A stretch of DNA of 63,286 bases, counting the filler, from Choristocarpus tenellus KU-1152 (lineage: Eukaryota; Protista; Phaeophyceae): the NCBI GenBank assembly GCA_964200185.2. It is 14 parts of 14 records of this genome, joined end to end, with 100 filler letters (N's around TTAATTAATTAA, not from the genome) between each part and the next. Parts side by side here need not be neighbours in the genome. Positions count along the whole stretch, not along the records: positions 23,948 to 27,917 come from CAXNAD020016855.1; positions 28,018 to 31,505 come from CAXNAD020019687.1; positions 31,606 to 36,221 come from CAXNAD020013785.1; positions 36,322 to 41,782 come from CAXNAD020010716.1; 10 more parts are not named here. One strand, 5' to 3'. The translations under genes and the position numbers were made by a program. This document shows, piece after piece, positions 23,956 through 37,626 of this stretch. The notes under the pieces are model-generated. The model saw only the letters and a program-made list of their open reading frames with translations. It had not been told where the DNA came from and ran no database searches. The number at the start of each line of letters is the position of its first letter. The stretch's first letter is position 1.

Positions 23956-25520
23956 CTACTTCCTCATCACAACCCCTTCAGAATCCTTCCCCAACATACA
24001 GGCCTTTGGCAATGGGGGTTCATGGGTGTCACACATGATAACACTATCATGGCCCCAGTTGTGTGCAACGATGTTGGTTGCTCGAGCTAGCTCAACATCG
24101 GTGAAGCACGGACGACACAGCGCACCATGGTCCAGCCAATTGCATCTCATACCCTCGGAAGGTTCATCTTTGCACCTCATGTCACACACCTGTCAAAAGA
24201 GACATACATACACAACTTGGATATATTGGTGTCGTATAATTAGTAGGAACAGTTTATCGATCAGGGGGTTACCTATGCTCGTTAACTATAACTACTATGA
24301 TGAGCAAACTCTATTTTCTATTATCTGGGAAAACAATAGAACTTGAAGTGAGCACTACAGGCGGAACTGCAGTATAAATTCGATCGTTCCAATAATACAG
24401 GACCACCGCAAACACTCAAATGTGGGATACGCAGATAGCGTTGGCTTTTGACCACTTAGGTCATAATATGTTGTGGCTAACATGTTGAACGGTCAACGAT
24501 GACTTCATCAACTTTGAAGTGGGGCGTTTAAAACAGGGCAAGTCTGACAATAGAGCATTAGGGATACCAATACTTCATTCAGCGTTTCAGAAAAAACCTC
24601 TAATATCACATTTTGCTACTCACCTCTCTTGTTTCTGTGATGCAATCAGTGTGGCAGCCCCTTGCCGGTGGTGGCGCAAGGGTATCACACATGATGACAT
24701 GATGACATGATGACCTTTCTCACAATCCTTCTCAAGTCTGTCCCTCATATCTGTAACCCTACCTTCCCTCAGAGCCTCGTCTGCTGTCTGGGCTTCCTCC
24801 AAGTCGGTGTAACAGAGCCGACAACCCTGACCGTACTTTGAAACATCCCCAGCTCCACATAGATAACCTCCGAAACGGGGAAGCTCCCCGCCACTCGGGA
24901 AGCATGAAGAATCACAAACAGTACTTACTCCGAGAGGGTGGGACTGTTTTCTTCTGCCACACAATGACGTGCATTGTTCGCCATTGATGGACGTGGCATT
25001 TTCCTCTCCAAATTGGCGTAAGGACGTTCTTCCACTGCTATATTTACTCCCCTGTCCATTGTCGCTGCGACGAACAAAGAGTATCTCGTCATCCGACCCT
25101 TCTTGTAATCTCTTGTCGTTGGCATCGAGGGAGCCAGGACCATCAATCTGCACAGCAGTAACCGACATGAGGCAATAAATGTGTCGATTTTGCGGTTTTC
25201 CAGACTGATGGAGTGCTACCTGCAGTATATCATAAGATAACATTTTTCGACTAGAGAACGGATCATAAGCAAATAGATTCCACGCATTCTCTTCGATATT
25301 GTACTTCTAGATGGGCTCAAATCAAGTCGAGGTTACATCTCCCACTCACCAAGGTTAGACCCACATATTCATTAGAGTATTGCTGCCACAAAAACCACTT
25401 GTGTGGCAAATCTACTATTGTGGTGACAGGTATAGACGGAGTAGAATCTCGTAAATAACCCCATTGATTTCTCCTGTACTCCATCCTGGACAAGAAGTCC
25501 ATGTGTGCTCTCCAAAACAA
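23956..25520 (-). pseudogene. Paralogue 2 of the GT-like/Cys-rich gene; frameshifted and apparently lacking its 5' part
   Basis: Same exon borders as paralogue 1 (ACCTTG|gtgagt, gtgcag|ATT, cag|GTGTGT) and high protein similarity. An extra CATCATGT octamer near 24690-24713 shifts the frame inside VIMCDT. Confidence 0.65.
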
Positions 25521-26379
25521 TACGAGGTGACCATACAGTCATTACATCATATCGGGGGGAACATGGCACTCGAAAAAAAGAACAAATATGACTCACCTGA
25601 AACTTCTATGACTTATATAGAGGTAGACTTGAATCTTTGTGTTAGATGATGCTAGTTACATCACGATGATCAATAAATCCATTTAATGACAACGTGACAT
25701 GATGTAACGAATAGTCACCTCTAGCACACTGGTGTTAATGTGTATGGTGATACGGTCTCTCCACCAACCGCATGTGTCCACTCAGAACACAAGTAGAGTC
25801 GAGAGATAAATGAATTGTTAATTTTTCTAAATGTCACCAACATATGTCTAATCTATCTGCAAGGATCGATGAATCTGGTAAACAAGAGATGTCAAGTCAG
25901 AGCTGGTTGGGAACAAGATAACTGACATCTGTTACCAGTTATCGAATCTTTTCAAAAAACGATAACCTATGCCCATCTATGACAAAATGACACCTAAACG
26001 ATTTGTCTAAACTAGATGATCAACCTATGTAAAGGATTACGGTATGTGGGTAGCACAAGATCTGGGGCAAGATGCAAAAGTCATAAAAATAAACACGCAC
26101 ACACGAAAAAAAATGGCGAGGATCTTTACCACACATATAATCAATAATCTCTTTACTGAACAGATAGGTTACAATATCACGGCAATGGATGACATATAGG
26201 CAGAAGAACTCTCAAGTTAACACTGCAAGGGACGAGAATACTACTGGTGGTTATCCAATTCATTTACAGCACGATAGGCTGCAATTATTTGAAGGCATTA
26301 TGGGATCTGTTCTGTTCTTTCGTGAACATCACAAGAAGGTCCATATCCACAAAGACGAAGGTGACAGATAACATTTGCG

Positions 26380-27110
26380 GACGAACGACGACCAGGATCA
26401 GGTCTATGCCCAACAATGCTATCAATAGTGTACTGGCCAATAACTGGTTGAGATATTTCATTGTCTTCATCCAGTAAATGGTAAATGGTTTTCCCAGAAA
26501 AAAATAATCTAGTTAATTCAAGTCTGATGTGGGAGACTTCACTTGAGGATAGCTACGTTTCATTCTACTCAAATGAACGGAAAATAGGCGTGGGTTTCCA
26601 CGTAGTACTACCCCCTACACGATGAGTGATACTTTAGAAGGTACTTCATACGGACCCCTACAAGAGTGAAGTAACTTCAGATTCAGACCATCAGTACTCT
26701 CATGTGGTCTACCGACCAGAACTTGATCGTTAGGTACGAAAATGGGGAACATAAGATGTTTGTTGGCAAGCTCCTGATTTTTAACGTGTTCATTAAGGTT
26801 ACGGTGTGCCAACTCAAATGCAAGCTGTAATTTTTCTTTGGTTTGCTGAGTAAACGTTTCAGTCGTAACATCTGAATCAGCATTAGACGAAACAAGGATA
26901 ATATCAACAGGTAAACGAGCTTGTCTTTCAAACAGAAGGAAAATGGAATTTCATGCAACTTTATACTGAAACCTGTGATATGGGTGTTAAAGTATCCCCA
27001 AAATCATCAAAGAGGATAAATGTGATGAAAGATTACTACCAATTATTCAGTTATCCAATCTGATTGTTTCTTTAATATATATTTTCCCACATGAATTTAT
27101 AGAACAATCT
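26380..27110 (-). mobile_element. Ty3/Gypsy integrase C-terminal remnant
   Basis: Broken frames give LHEIPF...RQARLPVDII and GLNLKLLHSCRGPYEV (GPY/F module). Confidence 0.75.
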
Positions 27111-27472
27111 TGACACTCGGGGTCTCTGCATGATGTGGAAGATCCAAGTATCGTGACGTTGATCTGTCAGCCAGACGGGCTGTCACAGGCGGATGCGTCG
27201 ACGACCAAGCTGAGGACCTGGTGAGGCTTGCTTCCCCTGCTCAGTGACGCTCCACCTCTATCTGGAGACGTTGGTTCTCTTATTAGAGTTGGACAAAGTC
27301 CGAACGAGGAACCTATCCACGACAAGGGTTGTGGGTCATGGTACTTTGTATCAGTAATCATCAATCATAGATTGCTTTGCTACAATGTTTTCTATTCCTT
27401 AAATTCTTCTTATGATACTGCAATAACCTGGGTATTTAACCCTTGTCACTTAACAGAAAGAGTATGATCAAC

Positions 27473-27523
27473 TATCCAGCTATCCAACAATTATCCAACA
27501 ACTATCCAACAATTATCCAACAA
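27473..27523 (+). repeat. Short tandem repeat of TATCCAACAA-type units, about 5 copies
   Basis: Directly visible. Confidence 0.85.
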
Positions 27524-28468
27524 GTGATTATTTCCTACATAAGTACTACTTCCGTGCCATAAGTCTGTGCCGTCTTGTCCATAACTTGGGAAGATATTGA
27601 TGAAATTTATTTCTGAAAGAAGATTTGGAATCCTTGACGAATTTCTGGTTAGGGTCAGCTCTTTTTGTTATTATTACTTCCCATCCATTACAATCTTATC
27701 AGCCACAGAAAATGCCTCTATGTCTACCTTCGGTATGTTTTCAAGTTTACCACAGACAGCCTCTTCCTTACCCTGTGTACTCCGCGCTGAAGTCATTCCA
27801 CCCTTTGTGTCTAAGTACGTGATTGTACACCACAAAAAGGACCTGCCAAGCCCTCTCAAGTGCGGTTTCATTACACTCCTCATACTCTTTCTTAAGGGTC
27901 AAAGTATCTTGGGGGGGNNNNNNNNNNNNNNNNNNNNNNNNNNNNNNNNNNNNNNNNNNNNTTAATTAATTAANNNNNNNNNNNNNNNNNNNNNNNNNNN
28001 NNNNNNNNNNNNNNNNNGTATTCCGAATCTTACTCTGCATCTCCTTAAAATAATCACTTATTCTGTAAGGTTAACCTATGTGTTACTAATATCGTATATA
28101 GTTCGCACTTCTCAGAACTCGGGAAACAATCTTCACACTGTATGTCTATTACAAATGTTCGTATTTCGTAACACATAAGGAGAAAATGCTCGTGCAATTC
28201 GTGTGTAACAAATGCTCAAAATTTGTTGAAATACAAGAAGAAACGCTCACGCTATTCGCCTGTAACATTACCTCCATCCTTCAACCATACTCTCCAATGA
28301 GGTGACTTGAACTCAAAAACTATACCCTGTCCTACCGGTCTCTTCAGCTTTTATCCTTCCAAAATGTTTGACACTAGTAGCTATAGGGAAGAGGCGTAAC
28401 ACATCCTCTCTGGGCAAGAGCTGTTCTTGATTGGGAACATTAGTTGGGCATGGTCCTATGTTAGGGTT

Positions 28469-28729
28469 GAGTGGAATTATCTTAGAGGGTACGAGTTTTG
28501 CCCTGTTTGTCCATTTGGGACATGGCTTCCCTTTGGTTCTTTTATGAAATTTTTCCTAGTCCGAAATGCTTAGGAGTAGGTAAAGTGTATATATGCTATG
28601 AAAAGGTGTGTCCGAAACATAGATATTGACATTTCCTAACAAACATTATAGCCAAAATTACATCAAAATCGCAACATTGAATTTTGACCCCAAATGGACA
28701 CGGCTCTACCCTCTAAGATACTTTGGCTC
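28469..28729 (-). mobile_element. MITE family A (TSD GGTT)
   Basis: GGTT-GAGTGGAATTATCTTAGAGGGTA...TACCCTCTAAGATACTTTGGCTC-GGTT. Confidence 0.92.
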
Positions 28730-28849
28730 GGTTGTGAAGGTCCTAGAAGGCATGATCAATATCCAGCTGTAGTAAGGTAAAGCTGTTCATTTTTTCTGTT
28801 TAGTTACCTACTCTGACAACTATCCATCTTAGAAGTTTCCTTTGTACTA

Positions 28850-30260
28850 CAATGCCATTTGTTAAGGTCTGATGAGGGTGCATCGTTACTGCTCAATCTG
28901 AGTGTTGGAATGTTGACAAAAGGTACCCATGGTGACAGTAGTGATGGTTGGGAGCATTGACCTTCTCAAAATGATAGTTCTCTCTAGTGTTGTCTACACA
29001 ATGTTGCTCCTAAAAATAATTTCGTAAGGCAGCCCCACCATTATCCTAAAAGTCATATTGCGCACTTTTTTCCTCTGGGAAAAACGCTATTAGAAGTTTG
29101 CATGACCTCAGTACTAGCATTGGTGGAATATTGCACCCTCTGGGGTTTGGTGCATGTAAGGTACCTTTGCCTGCCATGTTGAGCTGTGGTAAGCAATTTT
29201 AACAAAAATAGGTGAGACCTGCACCTTTGTCAAGGAGTACCTGGGCAAGCATTCTCGAGTGGACTCTGCATGGGTGACATATCAGGGCGTACGTCAATAC
29301 TTGACTAGTACAATGGTCGGTGTCATGGTGAATATTATCGAGTGAAAAGTCTTATGTCTATAGTTGGAATGACATGGATCACTGGGGCTTCAGAATCCAT
29401 GGTGCAACTTTAAGACGACTCTGCAGCGTCCGAAACGGTTGGGCTTCTCGCGGATAGTGGAGTGAGTTTCGAGCCTTACATCGCTGCTACGTACTGGAGA
29501 CGCGTATTTATTAAGGATACCATCGTACACGACACTGCAGTAGATTGAGTACCAGGAGGTCCTCGGTGGGTTCCTGTAAAGTTATGAGAGGATTCCTCTG
29601 GGAGCTAACGAGTCGCCTTATGTATACCTGCACTCGTCAGTTACAGACACAAAGCAGTCTTGACTACAGGCATGATGAAAGCAAACTCGGTGTGCCTTTA
29701 GCCATATGTCGACTTCGTCTAGTGGAGGTAGTAAATGGAGGTAACCCTATGCCCAAACCGTGCCGACTCCTATCGTTCACCATGTCTGTGGCTAAAGCAG
29801 GTGGGGATCAAAGCACAGGCTGGGGAACGGATGTGACTGGTCGAACGGGTTTTGATGCCTTGCTTTTTAGGAACGAACGAGGTACAATGTTTGATGGGAA
29901 CGGAAGAAGGCTAGGTATTTAAGGCTGCACAGACAGCGGACGAGGAGTTCTGGGTTAAAACAAGTTGAAGCATCGGTGCAAGGGCTGCCAGTACACGGTT
30001 GACAACCTCTCTGTATAAAAGTGAAGTTTGGCTTGATACCTATTCGTGCATGGAAGTCCTGTTGTGGCGATATAATCCCTGTTTCTGCCTGACGATCAGG
30101 GTCTCGGCTAAGGTAGCGGAAGGTTGTGACATGCTAAAACGAGCGCATCTACTATCTAACCAAAGCAATGTAAGTCTTCTCCTTGTACAATGAAGGTTTT
30201 GCAGCATTTTGATTGGCTGGGATAAATCGGTCGCTTCGATTGGATAACTCTTTTTGAGAT
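28850..30260 (-). mobile_element. Highly decayed Ty3/Gypsy pol remnant (RNase H-integrase)
   Basis: Frameshifted fragments RVRWYP..RCKARN, VTHAEST/LAQVLLDK and DNG resemble the integrase zinc finger and core in the expected order. Confidence 0.45.
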
Positions 30261-30697
30261 CATCCATAATCCATTATAGTTTAATTCAACGGTGTACTAT
30301 CTCCTTCCCCAAAGAATTTCTCTGCGAAAATCTTAGTGGGTGAATTTGGCTTCTATTCTGTAAAGAAAAATACAATATATAATATATTAGAGAACAGAGG
30401 ATTATTTGATATGGGTAGGAGAGCTGGGCTCGTTCGTACAAATCAATGAGTTGATCTTTACCTATATATCCCCCCCCAAACGAGCTTTACATATATGAGG
30501 ATCCGCAAGTCTACGGTATACGCTCGATAGTGGAAAACTAGGCTATGGCCGCAGCCTTCCGTGTCACACCGTTCTCTCTCTAAAAAAAAATAACACATGG
30601 CAACCTTTACAACGATTTTCGGCTGGCCGTCCAAAAAGGGTGTACTCTCTCACCGAAATATGAACCACTCAGTTGCCGTAAAGTCGTCTTAACGGAC

Positions 30698-31027
30698 CTG
30701 TAAGAGCTGTCCTTTGATGTGTGGGACGTCGATTGCAGACGAAGCACCTGGAACGACCGCTGTGTGTCCTAAGAAAGACAAGAGTTTTCGACGAGCTCGA
30801 TGTGGAAAGGGGTGAAGTTGTTGATGGGTGCATGCGATGCATAAAGACGTTGAGCTGTCAAGACTGCTGCAAACGTTCTCGCAAAGTATGGCCTTGGACA
30901 GGAACATCTCCAAATCACTGACTCCCAGCGGAACCTGCGAAATAAACAGTGTGATACACGAAAAACAGATCGGGAATGTGAGTGTATGAATGGCGAGGAA
31001 GAACTACCTAGGCAACGTCTATACCAT
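30698..31027 (-). CDS. 5' exons of an unidentified protein (exon 30934-30698; possible ATG-only coding exon 31027-31025)
   Basis: ttcgcag|VPLGVSDLEMFLSKAILCENVCSS...HIKGQLLQ|gtccgt, 237 nt open, phase 0/0. Upstream ACCGCCATG|gtatag. Confidence 0.5.
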
Positions 31028-31948
31028 GGCGGTCAAAGACCACTCATTTTATGGCTATAGGTAAGTGATGTGGCGATCAGAGGCCACTCGTTTTATGGCT
31101 AGAGAAGGGCGATTCCCTCAGAGCCACAGAAGCCCTCAGACCCATGAAGACGACGAGCCCAAGAAGGGAATCCCGCAGACGCCGGATGAAGACCACACCC
31201 CCAACCGGAAAAAAAAAGAGATCCAGGTGGACGTAGGGAGCTACAAGGAATCCTATGTGTTGAGGTGAACAAATGAGTATTCCCTCCAGTTTGAAGACAG
31301 GCGGTATGACCTCCATGTTACAGGCACCCCTCAGAACTCACCTCCACAGGATGTAAAACTCAAATCCAACGACCTTAAAACGACGCTACGAGGGGGGTCC
31401 ACAGATGATAACCACGTACGGTATAAGCTTGATGTTTAGCTCAGTCAATGTCTCACTTTTCGTTTTATAAAAAGAGGTACATCAAAACGAACTGAGGGCG
31501 TGGGGNNNNNNNNNNNNNNNNNNNNNNNNNNNNNNNNNNNNNNNNNNNNTTAATTAATTAANNNNNNNNNNNNNNNNNNNNNNNNNNNNNNNNNNNNNNN
31601 NNNNNCCCCCCATTTTTTTTGTCCTTGTTCACTCACGCGAGCCGCGAGCCGCGAGCGTCCCGTCCCGTCCCATCCTGCTTACTGCTGCCGCTATTGTACT
31701 CGTGAATGAGAAGCATGTTTTTTTCCAACTGAATGTTTGTATGTAAGAGTAAGTCCCCCTGTATGTCTGTCATGGCGTATGAAAGGACGGGACACCTGAA
31801 AGGTTGCTAGTATTTGCATGAGGGGGGGGAGGGGGTGTGAATTTGCTCTGGTTATGGTTGTCTGATTGTTCGTGCTCTCGACTGACTTCTGATGGTACCG
31901 ATGTGTGCATATTTAAGTTCATTTTTGAGTGGTTGTTGTTGTTGTTGT

Positions 31949-32113
31949 TGTTGATGGTACGATATGACTACGAAGTGCCTGTTGATGGTACGGTATGACT
32001 ACAAAGTGTCTGTTGATGATATGGTATGACTACAAAGTGTGTTGATGGTACGATATGACTACAAAGTGCCTGTTGATGGTACGATATGACTACAAAGTGC
32101 CTGTTGATGGTAT
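31949..32113 (+). repeat. 29-31 bp minisatellite, about 5 units, preceded by (GTT)n
   Basis: TGTTGATGGTACGATATGACTACAAAGTGCC repeated head-to-tail. Confidence 0.92.
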
Positions 32114-32903
32114 AGTATGGTATGTATGTGGATCAGTTGTACCGTTTTGCAGCAAACGCGTATAGCATTACACCGTTTCCCTGACCTCATGGTTTTTTAT
32201 TCAGTGGAATTCCAGATTTTTTTTGTTATTTGGCAGCCCACCAGGATCTATGGCTCTGTTTGTAATGTTGGCGTAGTGGTCCTGGTATGTCATTGATCCT
32301 TTTTTTAAAGGTGTTGAATCTTTGTATTTTGTTTATTTTTTTCAATATGGACCGAATCTGAAACAGTGATGCTTTAAAAATTGTCGAATTTCTATTTCCG
32401 TAATTTCAATGTGTAGCATTTACTTCAAGCATAAATGTATCGGATTGATTTTTGTCATGTTTTTTTTTTAATGTACAACGTCGAGGCAGTTGAAATCGCG
32501 AGTGTCAAAATCCGTTTTGACTCTCGAGTTTGGCCTGTGCTGCAAATGTAGAAAATACCAAAGTTTGAAGTCTTAAAACGACTTGTCAGATATTGTAATC
32601 ATTGTGCCCACACATAGGTACTCCCCCATTGAAAATCGTCTTATCGTCGTATCAATCCAACTCTCACAGCTCAAGAAAACTTGCCTGCATTGTTGGATGG
32701 ATGTATTGGTGATTTATAGGCTCGTGCACCACAAGAGATGGCCCAAGTAATAGTAAACCCTCTGGTACATATTTCTCCTGTTTCCTATATTCAGACCATT
32801 GCATCAGTGCTGCAGTTGTGATAGTCTATTAATACTCCCCCCTGCGCTATCCTACACTTTGTGATTGTTCCCATGCCCCAAACATTTGTGATTGTGTTGC
32901 CAG

Positions 32904-33053
32904 TTTGCCACGAGGGCGGAGACAGTGCGCAATGACAAGACCAGCGCGAAATCAGGGATGTTCCACACCATAGCTGTGCGTGAACGTCTCCGTCAGAAGC
33001 TCTGGAGCCTCTCTCAGGATATCCTGAAGGCTCCTGCAGTGGCAGTTGTGTGA
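32904..33053 (+). CDS. Possible terminal exon of an unidentified gene
   Basis: ttgccag|FATRAETVRNDKTSAKSGMFHTIAVRERLRQKLWSLSQDILKAPAVAVV*, GC-rich relative to flanks. Confidence 0.35.
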   Translation, partial: FATRAETVRNDKTSAKSGMFHTIAVRERLRQKLWSLSQDILKAPAVAVV

Positions 33054-33144
33054 TGAGAGCCAGTCCAGTCCACACAAATATCCTCCTGTTTGTGGTCCTT
33101 TTTTCATGATGCAGAGTACTCTGCATTGTTGTAGAGTTCAACCA

Positions 33145-33183
<39 letters not shown>

Positions 33184-34299
33184 TATTTCTGGACTGACAG
33201 CATCACTATTTTCGGCAGGTAGTGGGGTGGAGAGGAGTGCTTCTCATGTAAGGACCTGGTGATTTTGCTTGATCGGTACTGCTTCAAAATATTTTTTCGG
33301 AAAAGATAGCTGCGTTTGTGCTTGTGGGTGTGGGTTGTCTGAAGTGACTGTTGTGTAATTTGAGTTTGTCTTGGATGTTTTTAGACAACGAACTCTTGTG
33401 TCAGTGAAACTGCTTTTTGTGTGCGGCAGGTGTGTTTGCTGCTCAGTTTTTGATTGCTTGCTTCATTTGATTGGGCAAGATTGGGCAAGGTTGACTTTAT
33501 GAAAAAAGAAAGCGGACCAAGAAAAAGTGAAACTCTGTAGCAAAATGCATCAGTCACTTTTTTTCGCTTGTCAATTTGCCTTGGACCACAAAGTAATCTT
33601 CTCCTTAAAGAGTTTATAGAGAGTAAACTATCAGTCGAGATCCACCCTTCAGTTTCTTTTCAGTCATGATAGTCAACACATCAGCTTAGTGAGAGATGCT
33701 TTTTCACAGCTTTGGGGAGAAGTTGAAACATGAAGTACCCCCTTGTGTCCTGTGTACAATGTACTCGAATGATAGCATGGGGACTGGAGGAGGCCCTTAG
33801 TCAGGCCTTGATTACAGGGGAGACAATGAAGTCTCCCCACATGACCCTTCATCCAGTACTAATTGTGTATGCTGCCCTGTCCATGAATATCAAGAATGTA
33901 CTTTATAGTTTTGTCCACAAGTAGATTTGTGTAATTACAATCAGATGATGGAAGAGAACACCTTAGCGTTTGGAAGAATTGGAAATAGGTATGGGTTAAT
34001 GAACTAGAATATGGAAGAGGTCAGGTATAGGAAACATTGTAGCAAGTAATCCGTGATTGTTGTTTGATAATTCACAGAATAGGATTGATTTGATGGCAAG
34101 GACCCCCTCCCCTTGGTCATGAAGGATCACTCCTCCTTTCTCCTTTCATGCTTCATCTACAATATGTCTAAACCGATAAGGAATCAATCAAGTCATTTTT
34201 ATATACAAGTCTTGGGAAACACGGTTCTTTTACAGTGAAGGAAGGTCTGAAAGACATGAAGGAGAAGTGACTCAGAGTCTACGAAAAGCATTTATTAAT

Positions 34300-35940
34300 G
34301 TGGCGGCCAAGGGCTGACCCTGACAAAAAGGCAGAAACACTATATTGCTAGTGCATCCTGTGTTAACACTAGACATGTTTCTGCGAGAAACTGTGGGCAG
34401 CGAAGATCATGTACTTATGACATGGTAATCCTGAACATACACGGGAGGTACGGGGCTATGACGGTATGCATCTTACAGTTCAGATGAAGCTTGTACAACG
34501 AATTTCCCGATCATGGGCCGCAGTGTCAACATCCCTCCTCACATGAGCTGTGAGGGCGGCAGTGAAGAAGTTTGCAAAGCCAACGATGTTTGTCGAGCAG
34601 GTCAGCCCTGTCTAGAGTTGCTGGGAAACAATTCAAAGGGCTAATACCAATGTGTACCACAAGTGATTGCTGGGTATCTCCTCCGGTCCATTTGTTGTGG
34701 AAGTTCTCTTACAGTCCAGGACCATACAGCAGGATATGGCTTGCTTCTGGATTGATGGCGATGGGTCTCCCCTGTGACACTTGTGAAGGATTGAGCCGGA
34801 AGGAGGGAAAGTCAGAGTCGGGCCAACAGGTTGTGGGCATACTACAGAAGTGTTGTGAGGACCTGCGGAGAGCTGAGGAGAAGAGAGGGAGTAGACCTAG
34901 CACCCCATCAGGTTCTACCGGTGAGGGCTGATCGTTTTCATACATTTTTGGGCTTTAATTGAGGTGCTCTAATTGACAAGGTGTCTGTTTATGTCTACCA
35001 ATCATTGTCTCTCAAAATGCCCATCCCCCCATCTGCCTCACTGTTGCCTGAAAGGTGATCGAGGGGAACTAGAGTCTCGAGGCTGAGGAAGTTGAGTTTG
35101 GCCACATCGTTATCCTCGTAAATCTCCACACAGCACCTGGGTGATTTAGGCTGAATAGTCTCCAAGAAGTACTCAGAAATAGGACTGGTATAGGGTGTCA
35201 ATGCCCCTGCGTACTCGCATTGTGATAGCCACCGTCGATGATGAGGTGCACTCCTCTGTGGGTGTCCTCTATTTCGAGTGAACCTGTTGTTTATCTGGGC
35301 TTGTATAATGTTGTTGTAGCCGACTATCGTCTTACCATTTCTTGCAACCCATAAAGGCTCTAGTTGCCCCGAAAACACAAATGGAGTGTGTGACCTTGTG
35401 CCCCACAGTGGGGAATTCTTCCTTGCCTTTGTATGACCTTGTGTCGAGTACTGGACATTTGTCCCACCTTGTGTGGTTCACACCGGTTCATCAAACTCTA
35501 GTGCTAAACTCCAAATGATGATACACCCCCATAGTCTGTCGCTGTTCCTGATCGCTCTTGGGCAACCCGATTCAGGTTTTAAACTTGAGTTTACCGAAGC
35601 ACTCGTAAATATTGTGCAGTATCTTCCATTTAATGCTCTCCCTTCTAGTTGCGAAAAGAGTGTATGTTATCCAGTATGGTTTCTCTTCCAAGGATGGGTG
35701 GACAATGGACAACACCTTTGCCTCCAGGTGGATGCTTGGGTCGCCGTCGGCATCAGCCCTGCCTCCGCCAAGTCAACCTTCCTGCCTTACTTCTTCTATG
35801 AGCTACGACAAAGGGATAGGGAATGCAGAACTTGCAACGAAACATCTTCCCACTCCTAGTCTCCGGGTTGCCGAGGCTTTCATCTCGGTGTATCTGTATC
35901 CGTGGCGACCACAATGCCTTCTTAGTGATCAAGAATGGAC
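34300..35940 (-). mobile_element. Decayed non-LTR (LINE) retrotransposon, reverse transcriptase (RT) region
   Basis: Broken reading frames with GAQGHTPFVFSGQLEPL (GxPQG...SPxLF...LEPL-like) and downstream LLYGP; many stops and frameshifts. Confidence 0.5.
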
Positions 35941-36009
35941 ATAGTGGATGAAGAGTATTTTATGAACCAGACTATTTTTTTCTTCACTAAACGTGATCTT
36001 TTTGGAAAA

Positions 36010-36184
36010 GACTCAAAATATCTGAGGGGGGGAGTGGCAGCTGTCCATTTGGGGTCAATTTTTTCATGTCGCGATTTTTATGTGATTTGGTTGCGTATTA
36101 TGTCTGATGGATAATGAAAATGCACTTTTCCTGATTTTGACCCAAATGGACACCCTGGTGTGGATTCCCCCCCCACCCCTGATC
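36010..36184 (+). mobile_element. MITE family B, right TIR degraded
   Basis: GACTCAAAATATCTGAGGGGGG...CTGTCCATTTGGGG...CCCAAATGGACACCCTGGTGT matches other B copies. Confidence 0.85.
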
Positions 36185-36920
36185 CCTTATGTTTAAATAT
36201 ATTAGTCTCTCTTTTTTTTTTNNNNNNNNNNNNNNNNNNNNNNNNNNNNNNNNNNNNNNNNNNNNTTAATTAATTAANNNNNNNNNNNNNNNNNNNNNNN
36301 NNNNNNNNNNNNNNNNNNNNNAGCATCTCAATTGGTTTGGCCAACAAGGCGGGGAAATCTTCCAGGAGATCCGTTGTGTACAAGTGCTCCCCCCCCCCCC
36401 CAAAGGTTCATCCTCCCCGGGGGAACCAAAAAGAACATGAGCTGTGCCGTCTTTGTAGCAAAAAAAAGAGGGGAAATGAACAGAGTGCAGGCATCTCCAC
36501 ACTCACAACTCCAAAGGGATGGCACACCTGGACCCATCAACCACCTCAACCAGTTTCAAAAGCAGGAATGCAAGGAACGGATCGAGTCTAGCAAGCCGTG
36601 AACAAAGGCTAAAGGCAACTAGGGCGTCACTGATCGATGAGAGGCGGTGCAGTGAGAGTAGTCACTGTTTCAAATAGGCCACACTCCTTCGTGTGATGTG
36701 ATGTGATGGAATTTGCTTCCGAACATCCTTGAAGATGTTGCAATTTGTATCAGGCGAGGGGCCACCAGCATATCACGAGAGACAGCTCTCAGCGTGTGTA
36801 GGACGGTCAGATGTTCTAAAAACCTTAAACAACGTTGAAAAACGTGGAACCATTGTACCCTCCGTACTGTGCCATCTGACAGTCTAGGTACTGTGGGAAA
36901 CAGTAAAATTACAGAACTTA

Positions 36921-37179
36921 GAGTGAAAGTATCTTAGAGGGTACGAGTTTTGGCCTGTTTGTCCATTTGGGGCTTGGCTTCTGATGGGATTTTTTAATGA
37001 CGTTTTCCTACTTCAAAATGTTTCAGAGTAGGTAAAACGTAAACGTTAAGAAAAGATGTGTCCGGAACAAAGATATTCGTACTTCTGAACAAAGATGATA
37101 GCCAAAATTACATCAAAATCGCAAAATTGAATTTTGGCCCCAAATGGACACGGCTCTACCCTCTAAGATACTTTGGCTC
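36921..37179 (-). mobile_element. MITE family A
   Basis: GAGTGAAAGTATCTTAGAGGGTA...TACCCTCTAAGATACTTTGGCTC; flanks CTTA/TTAA (imperfect). Confidence 0.92.
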
Positions 37180-37626
37180 TTAATCTTGTCTTTCCCCCTG
37201 AAACTACCATTTCCATGCTGAACACAACATTTCACTGTATACCTTTGCTGCACAGTATCGTACATCTTCAAGACCACTGTTACCATACATACATGATACA
37301 CTTCAGAGTAGGTGGTACTGTAATTGTACCAAATGTTTCCCGAAATTTCCATTGCTGTCTAAAACAATTTATGTTGTGGTGACCTTACTCTACAGTACCG
37401 TGGGTTTTTTCAAAATTCCGTTACCATGGCCAAGTGTGAAATCACTCCTGTGATGAGCCCCGGAGTCAATGGCAGTGACACCAGAATTGGTTGTATGGAG
37501 GTTTATAGTTCGATCAGTGACTTTTGAGCAAGAGGGTCATTCGAGGGTTAATTACGTTAGACTCTCTGACTCTGCAAATTACTCCAGAGTAGTTCCTACA
37601 TGACACAACATAACAGGAGGACTCAC

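Noticed and set aside
27165-27448. Solo LTR (TG...CA)
   Set aside because: No TSD and no second copy; too weak to call.
31949-32113. CRISPR-like array (about 30-bp repeats); likewise 39628-40130 and 17414-17690
   Set aside because: Units are head-to-tail with no unique spacers, no cas genes are present, and the context is eukaryotic.
36918-37182. Tourist/PIF-Harbinger classification of family A (apparent TTA TSD)
   Set aside because: Only this copy suggests 3 bp; five other A copies show exact 4-bp duplications.
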